From a virus, in the IMG/VR virus record IMGVR_UViG_3300042691_037350, positions 58,475-122,474 of that record: a stretch of DNA of 64,000 nt. The stretch is one strand, 5' to 3'. Each line of letters starts with the position of its first letter. Within the stretch, counting starts at the first letter, position 1. The position numbers and the translations under genes are program-made. Positions 40,806-50,050 of the stretch are shown piece by piece. Under the pieces are notes generated by a model. That model was not told the DNA's origin. It searched no databases and saw only the letters and a program-made list of their open reading frames with translations.

Positions 40806-41845
40806 TCAACGCTTCCTGGTGCTTTGTACTTACCTACAGTATAGCCCGGAGACGTGTATTCGTCAATAATATGATTTATACCTTTTAGCCCTATGTCATG
40901 TTTAATCTGTTCACACTTGGTCATGCACTTGTCTCTTGCTGTTACCTGGCCGTCTCTATATTCTATAATCGGTAACGTATTCGAATTCTCAAACGTGGTT
41001 TTACCAAAATGACATAATTTAGTACATTTCCATGTTTTACTTAATTTCGGAATTTGTGTATTTTTAATAGCTTCAAATTTTTTACGTAGCATTTCCTCTG
41101 TTGATAATAAATCATTTTTATCATAACATATGGTAAAAGGCCCACCGTCATTAATAAAATTGATAGAGACCATCACATGATCAATATCAGGATATAGTTG
41201 ACTTACGGCATAATGATAAATTTTTAATTGAGGATCATTTTGTAACTTATCGTGGGTTTTTTCCTCTCCTGTGGCCCAATCTAATCTTTTACCGGTTTTC
41301 CAGTCTATAATCTCTATAGTATTATCATCAGCCTTTGTAATAAGATCTATAGTACCTTTAATAGCTAAATTACCCTCAATGATTTCTCCTTGATGATTGT
41401 ATTTAAACTTAGCCCATTCTCTCTTTATTTCTATATCAAAATGTTGTTCTGGCTGTAAAATAATCCTGTTTCTTGGATCAAACATCCCATTATTGCTGGT
41501 CAATGCTTTATTAACCCAAGAATGGCAATCTTTATAGTCCTTTAATTCCCACTCATGATGAGTAAATTTACCAATATAATAGTTATATACTTTTTCTACA
41601 ATAGTATTTAAGCTATATTTAGACACACTTACTTTACCGATCACATCGTCAATAATTTCGCTTTCTTTATTTTGTTCAGCTAATTTAATACAGGCTAGGA
41701 TTTCTAATACCTTGTGTACAATGGTGCCTTTGTCTGCTTTTTTATTAGAAGGAGACCTCATACCCAAGACATACTCTAGAAAATATTGCATTTCACAAAA
41801 GGAGTGTGTTCCGTAGCTAGAGCTTCTAAGATATGTGATAATCAT
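40802..41845 (-). CDS. PD-(D/E)XK exonuclease (RecB/AddB/Cas4-like) with possible Fe-S cysteines
   Basis: FCEMQY, GTIVHKVLE, EQHF, GTIDLI, IIDWKTG, QLKIY, C-terminal CTKLC...C. Confidence 0.82.
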   Translation of the reverse strand: MIITYLRSSSYGTHSFCEMQYFLEYVLGMRSPSNKKADKGTIVHKVLEILACIKLAEQNKESEIIDDVIGKVSVSKYSLNTIVEKVYNYYIGKFTHHEWELKDYKDCHSWVNKALTSNNGMFDPRNRIILQPEQHFDIEIKREWAKFKYNHQGEIIEGNLAIKGTIDLITKADDNTIEIIDWKTGKRLDWATGEEKTHDKLQNDPQLKIYHYAVSQLYPDIDHVMVSINFINDGGPFTICYDKNDLLSTEEMLRKKFEAIKNTQIPKLSKTWKCTKLCHFGKTTFENSNTLPIIEYRDGQVTARDKCMTKCEQIKHDIGLKGINHIIDEYTSPGYTVGKYKAPGSVE

Positions 41846-41994
41846 TTATTGTACCTCGCTACTTTTTGACATATTTGTATAAACTCTTTATCGGTCATGT
41901 GCATTTTCATGGTATTGATTTTTTTATGTACCCACTGTACATTTCCTTTCGTATATCCACCAGAGCTATCTATTCTATCTAAAGATGCCGTCAT
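41842..41994 (-). pseudogene. 50-aa C-terminal remnant of an HNH-type (His-Me finger) homing endonuclease, absent from the ORF track
   Basis: Hand translation gives MTASLDRIDSSGGYTKGNVQWVHKKINTMKMHMTDKEFIQICQKVARYNK*, with the SLDRID..GY..GNVQWV...N.MK signature. Its stop overlaps the nuclease start (ATGA). Confidence 0.75.
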
Positions 41995-42017
41995 ATTTGA
42001 ATTTCTGAAATATGTAA

Positions 42018-42659
42018 TTATAATGGTAATATTCCTTTATCTTGTAAAAAATTAAAAATCTGTTGATTTCTCTCTGAAAGCGTTAAATTATGATTTTGTA
42101 TAACTAGACTAAATTTTGACCAATCATAGCTGTTTTGGTCTAAAGCTTTTTCTGCTTCGGTTTGAGCGGAGAATGGATCTCTGGCTAAACGAACAACAAA
42201 ACCGCCCGCGTCCAGTACGCTATTTACTTCGTTAGGAAAGCGATTGTCTAATATAATAGCCAAATCCATTGCTTCTTTTTGAATTTTAATCATTGTGGCG
42301 TCTACCCAAACGTTATTTTTTAGCTTACGAAAAATGCCGGTGCCGACAACCTCCATTACTTGTCTAGCTGTCATATATTCATTTTTAGCTACTTCTTCTA
42401 GGTGTTGTTCAAAAATATCTTTTGGCAAATCTTTCCATCTAATAGATGTTAAAGTATTCTTATCATCATCGCTACCATAACACTGTTCATATGAGAGTCC
42501 TAGTAGATTCATACATATGTCTTGTTTCAAAGGATCAGCAAAACTATATAGCTTATATCTTATGCCAAGATCATATTTTTTAATCAAATCTTGAACATAT
42601 TCTCCGGAAGTACTTTTGCCAGATTGTTTGCGTCCAGAGAAAGCTAAAATTCTTGTCAT
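42018..42659 (-). CDS. Deoxynucleoside monophosphate kinase
   Basis: SGRKQSGKST P-loop, SFADPLK, TARQVMEVVGT, DNRFPNE. Confidence 0.88.
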   Translation of the reverse strand: MTRILAFSGRKQSGKSTSGEYVQDLIKKYDLGIRYKLYSFADPLKQDICMNLLGLSYEQCYGSDDDKNTLTSIRWKDLPKDIFEQHLEEVAKNEYMTARQVMEVVGTGIFRKLKNNVWVDATMIKIQKEAMDLAIILDNRFPNEVNSVLDAGGFVVRLARDPFSAQTEAEKALDQNSYDWSKFSLVIQNHNLTLSERNQQIFNFLQDKGILPL

Positions 42660-43816
42660 ATAATTTTTCCTATGTAGTCAATAATTTCTGTCTTAATTTC
42701 TTCTTTTGTCATTTCTGCTATGTCAGGTTTTGATATTTGTGGTATAAATATACGATATGTATTTTGACATTTATTTTTTATTTGTTCTGCTGCTTTTTTG
42801 CCTGCTTCATCATTATCTGTTAATACTACTATATTCATTGCGCCCGAAGAGTCTAGTATAATTTTTTGTCTATCGCTTAAAGATGATCCAAACATAGCTA
42901 CGCTATTATGGATATTATTTTCTTCTAATTTCCAAACATTTCCGGGACTTTCGACAATAATCACTACGCTTGAATCTAATATATGTTTTTTTGCAAACCA
43001 GAAATTATATAAATGATTTTGACTCTTGAATTCGTGGTTATGTTTCCACTTAGAATATTTCCACTTTTCTGCGTCTGAAGGACAAGTATCGTTTGGGCTG
43101 TGGTGTGATTTACATTGATCACATTTCTCAAATATGCTTCGACCAGAGCAACCTACTAAATATTTGTGTTCGTGATCATATATTGGTGCAACAGCCCTAT
43201 TATACATTTCCTTACCAGCCTTACTACATATACCAACATCATACTTATCTAAAATTTCGGGAGAAAATCCACGATCAACAAAGTATTGGGCTGGGATATC
43301 TAATGATTTTCGTACAGACTCTCTGGAGACAAGTGCTGATACCAGTTGGTTATGATCGGATTTCATGTGTCCAACAAGGCTTGTGAACAATCTTTTATCT
43401 CTATCTGCTTTTGATATCTTGATAGATTTTAAGTCTTTATTCAAAAACGCTAAACAATAGTCTAGTGCTTCGTCAAAAGTACATGTAGAATCACCTTCTT
43501 TTTGCCAGCCGTATTTTTTATTAGATAAAACACCCCTCACAAAACCAATAATTGAACCCTTAAATGTTGTTTCACATCCGTGGGTTCTGCATTTCCAATT
43601 ACCTCTATAGTTATCACCTTCATAATAGATGTTAAGTGCGGAACTATTATCTCCATCATGGATTGGACATGACATTGATAGCATTTTTGGTCTTAGATTA
43701 TAGTCTAATTCCAAATTGTCCATCAATGACTCAATGTTATCACACAAATCGTCGCAAATGATCTTTAACTTAGCCTGATCAATTGAACGGGATTTCTTCT
43801 TCATGGGGGTTTTCAT
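42656..43816 (-). CDS. DNA primase (Zn finger plus TOPRIM)
   Basis: CPIHDGDN...WKCRTHGC, GCSGR, IVESPGNVW, TDNDEAG. The true start may be a downstream Met. Confidence 0.88.
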   Translation of the reverse strand: MKTPMKKKSRSIDQAKLKIICDDLCDNIESLMDNLELDYNLRPKMLSMSCPIHDGDNSSALNIYYEGDNYRGNWKCRTHGCETTFKGSIIGFVRGVLSNKKYGWQKEGDSTCTFDEALDYCLAFLNKDLKSIKISKADRDKRLFTSLVGHMKSDHNQLVSALVSRESVRKSLDIPAQYFVDRGFSPEILDKYDVGICSKAGKEMYNRAVAPIYDHEHKYLVGCSGRSIFEKCDQCKSHHSPNDTCPSDAEKWKYSKWKHNHEFKSQNHLYNFWFAKKHILDSSVVIIVESPGNVWKLEENNIHNSVAMFGSSLSDRQKIILDSSGAMNIVVLTDNDEAGKKAAEQIKNKCQNTYRIFIPQISKPDIAEMTKEEIKTEIIDYIGKII

Positions 43817-45239
43817 CGTCTACTATAAATCCTTGATCTGATGTTGACTTATTGTTTACAATTTCTAGTCTAGTTTTACCTTCAGTAATTTTAGCACACC
43901 ATCCTTTCATATGACAATTAATATAATCATTGTCATCTAATCCTCCTCCGTGTCTGCTAATTAAAGGCAACAGTTTCCTATTTCCGTTGGTTGGTCCATC
44001 TTCTGCAATTTCCTCATCGCTTTTTCTCTTAAAAATAGTAAAATTGCTACATAGCCATATAATACGATCAGACCCGCTCGCAGAGTCTGTGCTTTCTTTT
44101 GTAATACCGTCTCTGTTTAATTGAATAAATGCTACGATAGGAACCTTATATCTTACAGCAAAATTATGTAAACTTGTCATCATAAACCCAAGCACCTGAT
44201 ATTCTTTCATATCTTGTGATATTCCAGCACTATCCATAAGCTTAAGGTAATCATAAAAAATAACACAATCTTTTGCTGTTCCATCATCATTCAAACCAAC
44301 CTCTTTTACTAACCATCTCCTCATTATAGCTAATTGATCTTCAAACGGTTTTCCGGCAATACTTTTGTGGTACAGATTCATCTGCTTGAGTTCAGCAACA
44401 GCTTGAGATATTTTAGTCTTAGAATCGGGAGATTCTGCAAATTTACCGGTTTCTATTTTGTTTATCTCTATTTCTGTCATCATAGCTAAAATTCTATGAA
44501 TATGGTCTTCTTTATTCATTTCGGTATCCATATTTAAAACAGGAATACCTAATTTTGCAATATTTTTACCCATATTATCTGATAAGAGCGTTTTTCCAGT
44601 TTTGGGTCTGGCTCCTATAACATTAATAGTACCTTTTCTTAAACCACCGCCTATAGCTTGATCATATATGGGGAATCCTGTTGGTATGCCTACTTGATCG
44701 ATCTTATTTTCTTCTAAAGCCTTAATATATTCATCAATATTCGATCCAATCACCTCTGGACTACCATCAGCATCATTAAGTAATGATGTGAAATTAAAGA
44801 TACTATCTTCAGCAAGTCCTATGATGGAGGATATGGGTTCACTTCCAGTAACATCTAAGATCTTTTCTTGAGCTAGTTCTAATTGCTGTCTTAATAATCT
44901 TGCTATTTCTAGTTTTCTAATTTTTGCCGCAAATCGCCTAACGTTTTCTAGACTTACAGGGAAGTCCATAACGGCTCTTAGATGTTGAGCCTCTTCTTTT
45001 TTTGCCAACACATGACTTAGATTTAATTCTTGTGCCACAGAATAAATAGAAGGAATATCTATTTTAGTTTTGGTGTCAGATTCACATAGTCTTTTTAGAC
45101 ACTTGAATATCAAGCCATTACTATCAATAGTGAAAGAAGATTCCTGAACTATATCCGCAACATCCAAGAAGGCATCTTCTCCATAATTGCAAATACCAGC
45201 CAAAACGGCTCTTTCAGCCGATGGGTCACTCAAAATCAT
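43779..45239 (-). CDS. dnaB: Replicative DNA helicase, DnaB family
   Basis: AERAVLAGI, GIPTGF, GARPKTGKT (Walker A), DTEM, DYLKL, QLNR, SRHG. Confidence 0.92.
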   Translation of the reverse strand: MILSDPSAERAVLAGICNYGEDAFLDVADIVQESSFTIDSNGLIFKCLKRLCESDTKTKIDIPSIYSVAQELNLSHVLAKKEEAQHLRAVMDFPVSLENVRRFAAKIRKLEIARLLRQQLELAQEKILDVTGSEPISSIIGLAEDSIFNFTSLLNDADGSPEVIGSNIDEYIKALEENKIDQVGIPTGFPIYDQAIGGGLRKGTINVIGARPKTGKTLLSDNMGKNIAKLGIPVLNMDTEMNKEDHIHRILAMMTEIEINKIETGKFAESPDSKTKISQAVAELKQMNLYHKSIAGKPFEDQLAIMRRWLVKEVGLNDDGTAKDCVIFYDYLKLMDSAGISQDMKEYQVLGFMMTSLHNFAVRYKVPIVAFIQLNRDGITKESTDSASGSDRIIWLCSNFTIFKRKSDEEIAEDGPTNGNRKLLPLISRHGGGLDDNDYINCHMKGWCAKITEGKTRLEIVNNKSTSDQGFIVDDENPHEEEIPFN

Positions 45240-45248
45240 AGCTTTATT

Positions 45249-45662
45249 TTATCCTGATGAGGCTGCACACTTGTTACACTTATATCTATCAAGAGATTCT
45301 GGCACAAGTCCAGGGCTGACTTTTTCTCTTTTCCCACAAACTCTACACACAACATTTAGCAACTTAAACGGCCTAGCCCTAGGCACTGGTGGTTGAACAT
45401 TTAATTTTTTATCTACAATCACATCCTCTTTATGCATATTCTTTTCTGGCATATCAGTAAATTTATTATAATGCTCATCTCTACTGCCTCTGGTTTTTGA
45501 TAGCTTATTTTTAGTTCTAGAACTACCAGTAGATTTGTTAGATTTTTTCTTTTTTACAGAAAAATCCTCACCTTCAGGTTCATCACTATCTTCATTTTTA
45601 GGCAACATATTTTGTAACATAGCTATCATTGCCTGAATTTGTTCTGATGAAAAATTATCCAT
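45249..45662 (-). CDS. Hypothetical protein with a C-terminal zinc ribbon
   Basis: CRVC...CNKC at the C-terminus, Lys/Ser-rich disordered centre. Confidence 0.6.
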   Translation of the reverse strand: MDNFSSEQIQAMIAMLQNMLPKNEDSDEPEGEDFSVKKKKSNKSTGSSRTKNKLSKTRGSRDEHYNKFTDMPEKNMHKEDVIVDKKLNVQPPVPRARPFKLLNVVCRVCGKREKVSPGLVPESLDRYKCNKCAASSG

Positions 45663-46146
45663 GTTTTAAAGCCTTTATTTTTTGTATAGAAATTAATATG
45701 TCAGAAAGATTTTTGACGCCGTTAGCTAAATACGATAGTCTATCGCTTCTTTGTTTAGCGTATTTTTTTATTTTATTCAGAGATTGGGCTCTGTCGTTGT
45801 GTTTAATAGCTTGGTATGCTTTTTCAACGTAGCCGTAGCCTTTATAATTATTAATTTCATCAGCTATCACTTCTTTGATCGTCTCTTCTGCCCAATTATA
45901 TCTGGCTAGTTCTCTATTTATAGTTCTTTGTATATGAAAAGAAAATTGACCCAATCTATACGATATTTGAGCACAGTCTTCTGGAGTTAATTTTTCCAAT
46001 TCATCTCTGTTCATAGTTAAGTAATTATTTAATTCTGTTTCCGAAAGAGTTGTAGGATTATAGTTCGGTAAACCTATGCCATTTTCGTATTGGTCTAATA
46101 AAGAATCCCAGTCGTTCAGTTCTTCTTTTGTATTTTTAGTTGTCAT
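45655..46146 (-). CDS. Helical hypothetical protein (possible UvsY-like recombination mediator)
   Basis: Predicted all-alpha coiled coil of UvsY-like size, two genes downstream of recA. Function is inference only. Confidence 0.35.
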   Translation of the reverse strand: MTTKNTKEELNDWDSLLDQYENGIGLPNYNPTTLSETELNNYLTMNRDELEKLTPEDCAQISYRLGQFSFHIQRTINRELARYNWAEETIKEVIADEINNYKGYGYVEKAYQAIKHNDRAQSLNKIKKYAKQRSDRLSYLANGVKNLSDILISIQKIKALKHG

Positions 46147-46546
46147 AAGTTATTCTATTTTTCCATTGTTCAATATTTTCATCAAATGGTAGTTCTATTA
46201 AATTGATATTATTAAGTTCACACCACTCTTTTTTTTCTTTGTCTCTTTTTTGATGTTTAATAAATCCCAATAATGTATGATGATAAAATCTATTGAATGC
46301 ATAGTGTTGTTCACCATGTACCTCTATACATTTTTTATTTAGGGGCAAATAAAAGTCTAAATATAAAACTTCTCCACGCCTGACATAGATCGGAATTTCT
46401 TCTAAAACTTGTAGTGTTGGAAAACACTCATGTATTAAGTCTCTGGCTTTAAGATGTAGACTAGATTTTTTAGTACATGAACCGTGTGCTATGTTTCCAA
46501 TAAGCTGCCAATTATATAGATTACCATCCAAATCTTTTACTTGCAT
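46136..46546 (-). CDS. DUF559/Vsr-like PD-(D/E)XK endonuclease
   Basis: LYLDFYLP...CIEVHGEQHY...RDKEKKEWCELNNINLI. Confidence 0.75.
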   Translation of the reverse strand: MQVKDLDGNLYNWQLIGNIAHGSCTKKSSLHLKARDLIHECFPTLQVLEEIPIYVRRGEVLYLDFYLPLNKKCIEVHGEQHYAFNRFYHHTLLGFIKHQKRDKEKKEWCELNNINLIELPFDENIEQWKNRITYDN

Positions 46547-47556
46547 TTGATACCCATAGTATCCTTAACTTTTTGCCATAAATCCAAATATACTTCAGGA
46601 TGATCAACCAGATATTGTCTGGTTTTTTCTAGACCCTGGAATTTTGGCTTATCTTCTAAACTAGTTAGAGTATACCAAGCACCACCCTTGTTAATTAAGC
46701 CCAGATCCACAGCGAGTGTTAATAATTCCATTTGCTTATCGATACCCTGTCCATATCTTAGATAACTAGTGATACTACCTCCAGGCGGTCCTAATGCCGA
46801 ACATAAAACTTCCCACTCTACCTCTTGACCTATTTGTGGACTATCATCGCTCAAATTCCATTTCTTAAAAAACTTGGCTTTAAGCTTAATATCTGTTTGA
46901 TATGCTATGGCTTGACCACTCTTTTCTTTCCACTCTACTGTGCCGTAACCGGGATTGCCCATAAGATGGGTAATACCTATAACTATATTTTTATTTACGG
47001 GAATAACATTAGCAACTTTACGACAAAATTTAGCTAATAATTTTGCGCCATCTGCTCTTTGCATCTTATTCATATCGGAAGTTATTTCTGCTTCTGTACA
47101 TAATGCAGAGTATGAGTCTATGATCAGGACGGATCCAGGAATTTCATTAATAATACGTTCAGCAATTTGCAAATATTCCTCTGCATGTAAAATCTTACCT
47201 TCTTGAGAACCTATAATATTGAATTTTTCTAGATTTAACCCTGGTATGCCTTCTAAGTCTCGTTTTTTCAATCTACCTTCTATGTTTAGATAGAACACTT
47301 CTCGACCAGATTTGAAAGAGCCGTAGGCATACTCTGGTTTCTGTGCCGTGGCGCAGAAGTCGAGGGATGTTGTGGTTTTACCACATTTTGGTTGTCCAGT
47401 TAGAATAACAAAAGATCCTTCTGGGATACCACCGTTCAATACGATATCTAATGCTGGACTAACCGGAATTGTAAGAAGATTCTTGTCAATAATAGCATTA
47501 GCTGTTAGAAGTATATTATCTCCAAAATTCTTTTTTACGTCTTCTTTAAGACTCAT
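46537..47556 (-). CDS. recA: RecA/UvsX-like recombinase
   Basis: ALDIVLNGGIPEG, GQPKCGKTT (Walker A), LIIDS (Walker B), SGQAIAY, GAWY...KFQG. Confidence 0.88.
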   Translation of the reverse strand: MSLKEDVKKNFGDNILLTANAIIDKNLLTIPVSPALDIVLNGGIPEGSFVILTGQPKCGKTTTSLDFCATAQKPEYAYGSFKSGREVFYLNIEGRLKKRDLEGIPGLNLEKFNIIGSQEGKILHAEEYLQIAERIINEIPGSVLIIDSYSALCTEAEITSDMNKMQRADGAKLLAKFCRKVANVIPVNKNIVIGITHLMGNPGYGTVEWKEKSGQAIAYQTDIKLKAKFFKKWNLSDDSPQIGQEVEWEVLCSALGPPGGSITSYLRYGQGIDKQMELLTLAVDLGLINKGGAWYTLTSLEDKPKFQGLEKTRQYLVDHPEVYLDLWQKVKDTMGIKCK

Positions 47557-47971
47557 TGTCTAAATCCCTCAATTTTGAAATTATGTTTTTAGTATCAGAT
47601 GTTTTTTGAAAAACTACGTCGTTCTTGCGTTCTGTATTTATTTTGGTGATGACTGTGTTTTCTGTTTCCAGAATAGACATTTGCTGCTCTATCATAGCGG
47701 GAAAGTGGGGCGCTCGCAATGAATAGATTTTTTTACCCTTGTCGCTCTGTAGCGCTCTTATTATGGCTTTAGCTGGATATTGTTTTAATAATTTGTGAGC
47801 AGACCCTATTTGATTTCTATAAAAAGCTGCCCATTTTTTTTGTACCCAAAATCTATAATGTAAATCGGATTTTTCATTACCAGCTTTTCTTTCACATATT
47901 ATTTCAGTAATATATTGTGCTGGGGAGACTTCTTTGCCGTTAGAGTATTTAGAGGGATATTTATCAGTCAT
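47546..47971 (-). CDS. Hypothetical protein
   Basis: 141-aa ORF overlapping both neighbours on the coding strand. Confidence 0.6.
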   Translation of the reverse strand: MTDKYPSKYSNGKEVSPAQYITEIICERKAGNEKSDLHYRFWVQKKWAAFYRNQIGSAHKLLKQYPAKAIIRALQSDKGKKIYSLRAPHFPAMIEQQMSILETENTVITKINTERKNDVVFQKTSDTKNIISKLRDLDNES

Positions 47972-48371
47972 TTTGTTTAGGATTAATCATTTCTTGACAA
48001 GTAGAAGTTAATTTTTTTTCAAATGTTTCGAAAAACTTATCGGCATATTTTGTATAGTCTTGACCAGTAATTACTGGAATATGATAATTTTTTCTAAAAA
48101 CTTCTTTAACATCTTTCAAGTATCCTCTATCATCTATAGAACTAATTTCTGAGATGACAGTAATTTTTATTTCATGAGGACAATCAGTAATGTGTGTCGG
48201 AGAAACAATATCTGGATGTTTATGTGTTAAGTCTAGAGGATCATCATTATTTAAATGATCATATTTATTTTTTTCTATCTCTTTTATCTTATTAGATATT
48301 TTTTTCTCTATCTCTGATAACAGAAGTTTTTCTTCTGGCGTTAGCAAATCCTCAAGAATATCAGTTTCCAT
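47964..48371 (-). CDS. Hypothetical protein
   Basis: 135-aa ORF tightly overlapping both neighbours. Confidence 0.55.
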   Translation of the reverse strand: METDILEDLLTPEEKLLLSEIEKKISNKIKEIEKNKYDHLNNDDPLDLTHKHPDIVSPTHITDCPHEIKITVISEISSIDDRGYLKDVKEVFRKNYHIPVITGQDYTKYADKFFETFEKKLTSTCQEMINPKQND

Positions 48372-48702
48372 TAGGTCTATATATACCAGTATTATTTCTT
48401 ACGGGTGGAGTAGACTTCTTTTTTAGATCATCATTTAGCATAGAAGATTCTTTAGTCATAATAGCGACATGTGTTTTCTTATTTGCTGTTTCTCTAATCA
48501 TTAAGTTTTTTGATGGAGACGTAGCCACCGGAGAAGAAACTGTTTTAATTGGGTTTTCGGTACCAATTTTTTGAGATTTCTCTATAGTATTTTGTATTTG
48601 TTTTTCTGTTAGAGATAATTCATTAGCTATTTTAGTAATACCCCAACCCTGCGAATGTAACCATAAGGCAGCGTACGTTTGTGTTTTATTAATTCTTGAC
48701 AT
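48361..48702 (-). CDS. HTH-containing hypothetical protein
   Basis: QGWGITKIANELSLTEKQI helix-turn-helix pattern. Confidence 0.55.
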   Translation of the reverse strand: MSRINKTQTYAALWLHSQGWGITKIANELSLTEKQIQNTIEKSQKIGTENPIKTVSSPVATSPSKNLMIRETANKKTHVAIMTKESSMLNDDLKKKSTPPVRNNTGIYRPNGN

Positions 48703-48708
48703 AGTAAA

Positions 48709-49125
48709 TTACTCCATCTCTCTTTCAGCATTATTTAGCCATGCTATATTTTTAGTGTTTAAAAACTTAAGATACCAACTAAATGTTTTTTGATTAACTT
48801 CTCTAAACTTTTTATTAGATCTACACACACGATTTAAAAAAGAGTTGTCTTGTTCTATACCATAGATAGATAATGGGTTAAATAATTTACCATTACTAGC
48901 TAATCTAACCATAAATTTAGTAGAACCGTCTTTCCTAGATATTTGTTTAGCGAATGCTTTATCGTTATTGGGATCACTCACTTGTGCTAAACCTACAGAA
49001 TCTATAAAATCTTCGTGTCCTACTAGGGTAAAAAATTGTTCGTCTACATTAGAGTCTTCTGTTTTTTTATTGACAAATAGACTAGTTGGATTATATATGA
49101 AATCACTCATAGAGTTTACGTCCAT
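48709..49125 (-). CDS. Hypothetical protein
   Basis: 138-aa ORF in the operon, no recognised motif. Confidence 0.6.
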   Translation of the reverse strand: MDVNSMSDFIYNPTSLFVNKKTEDSNVDEQFFTLVGHEDFIDSVGLAQVSDPNNDKAFAKQISRKDGSTKFMVRLASNGKLFNPLSIYGIEQDNSFLNRVCRSNKKFREVNQKTFSWYLKFLNTKNIAWLNNAEREME

Positions 49126-49460
49126 TTCGTTTTGGTTTTAGGTTTGGGTAGTCTAGACATTCCACGAGGTAATTCTTTTGTGGATTGCTGTTCTTTATAA
49201 TCATTATGTTTTTTCTGAAGCGCAAGTTTTTGGTCTTCAGATAGTCTATCTCTATTTCTATTGGCTAAATCACCAACCGTTTTCAGTTCGCTATCGGACT
49301 TTCTTACAGAGCCGATAATACTACTAAAGTCTTGTACATAATTTCTTTCAGTATGGTTACTGCCACAATCACAAACAGGATTGCTAATGTAATCTTGCAT
49401 ATGAAAAAATAATTCAAAACATGAATTACAGCTTGTACAACGATAAGAATATGTTGGCAT
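49116..49460 (-). CDS. FmdB-family zinc-ribbon protein
   Basis: MPTYSYRCTSC...FE...CDCGS. Confidence 0.8.
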   Translation of the reverse strand: MPTYSYRCTSCNSCFELFFHMQDYISNPVCDCGSNHTERNYVQDFSSIIGSVRKSDSELKTVGDLANRNRDRLSEDQKLALQKKHNDYKEQQSTKELPRGMSRLPKPKTKTKWT

Positions 49461-50050
49461 TATAAATATGAACTAGGTAAATAAATAGACCATTCTTCGG
49501 GGATCTCTGTTCTTATCTTAAGTAGATATGTGGTCAGAGGCAAGTATTTGATACTCTTACAGGGTTCTTTTGGAAAATTTTTCAGCGGCATGTTTGCTTG
49601 TTTTGGTGTTCTACTACCCTTTTTTCTGTTGCACTCCACACAAGCTGTTACTATATTTGTCCATGTTGTTGGGGACTTATTAAAGTCTTTCCATAATGAC
49701 TTTGGGATAACGTGATCGTATGTTAAGTTATTTAATTCTTTTTTGACCCCACAATATTGACAAGTATAATCATCTCGTACAAAAATATTTCTACGAGAAA
49801 AATTAACTCTTTGATTATGTAACCTAAAATATTTAGCTGTTTTTGCAACCGCAGGTATGGGGAATTTTTTGCCATTTACTCCCGCTATATAATCATTCTT
49901 ATAAAAGTCTATAATTTCTATTCCAATGCTATGATCCTCTTCATGCTTAATAGACCAAACCAAGGCTCTTTTCCAGCCAATGATAGTTAAGGGTGAAAAA
50001 TCAGCATTTAATACTAAACATCTACTATTTTGATATCTCATTTTGTTCAA
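49460..50050 (-). CDS. HNH endonuclease (McrA-like)
   Basis: LVLNAD, RRNIFVRDDYTCQYCG, DHVIPKS, WTNIVTACVECNRKKG. Confidence 0.9.
   Translation of the reverse strand: MNKMRYQNSRCLVLNADFSPLTIIGWKRALVWSIKHEEDHSIGIEIIDFYKNDYIAGVNGKKFPIPAVAKTAKYFRLHNQRVNFSRRNIFVRDDYTCQYCGVKKELNNLTYDHVIPKSLWKDFNKSPTTWTNIVTACVECNRKKGSRTPKQANMPLKNFPKEPCKSIKYLPLTTYLLKIRTEIPEEWSIYLPSSYL

Noticed and set aside
40802-41845. CRISPR-Cas system suggested by the Cas4-like nuclease
   Set aside because: No repeat-spacer array and no other cas genes. Stand-alone PD-(D/E)XK exonucleases are common in phage replication modules.
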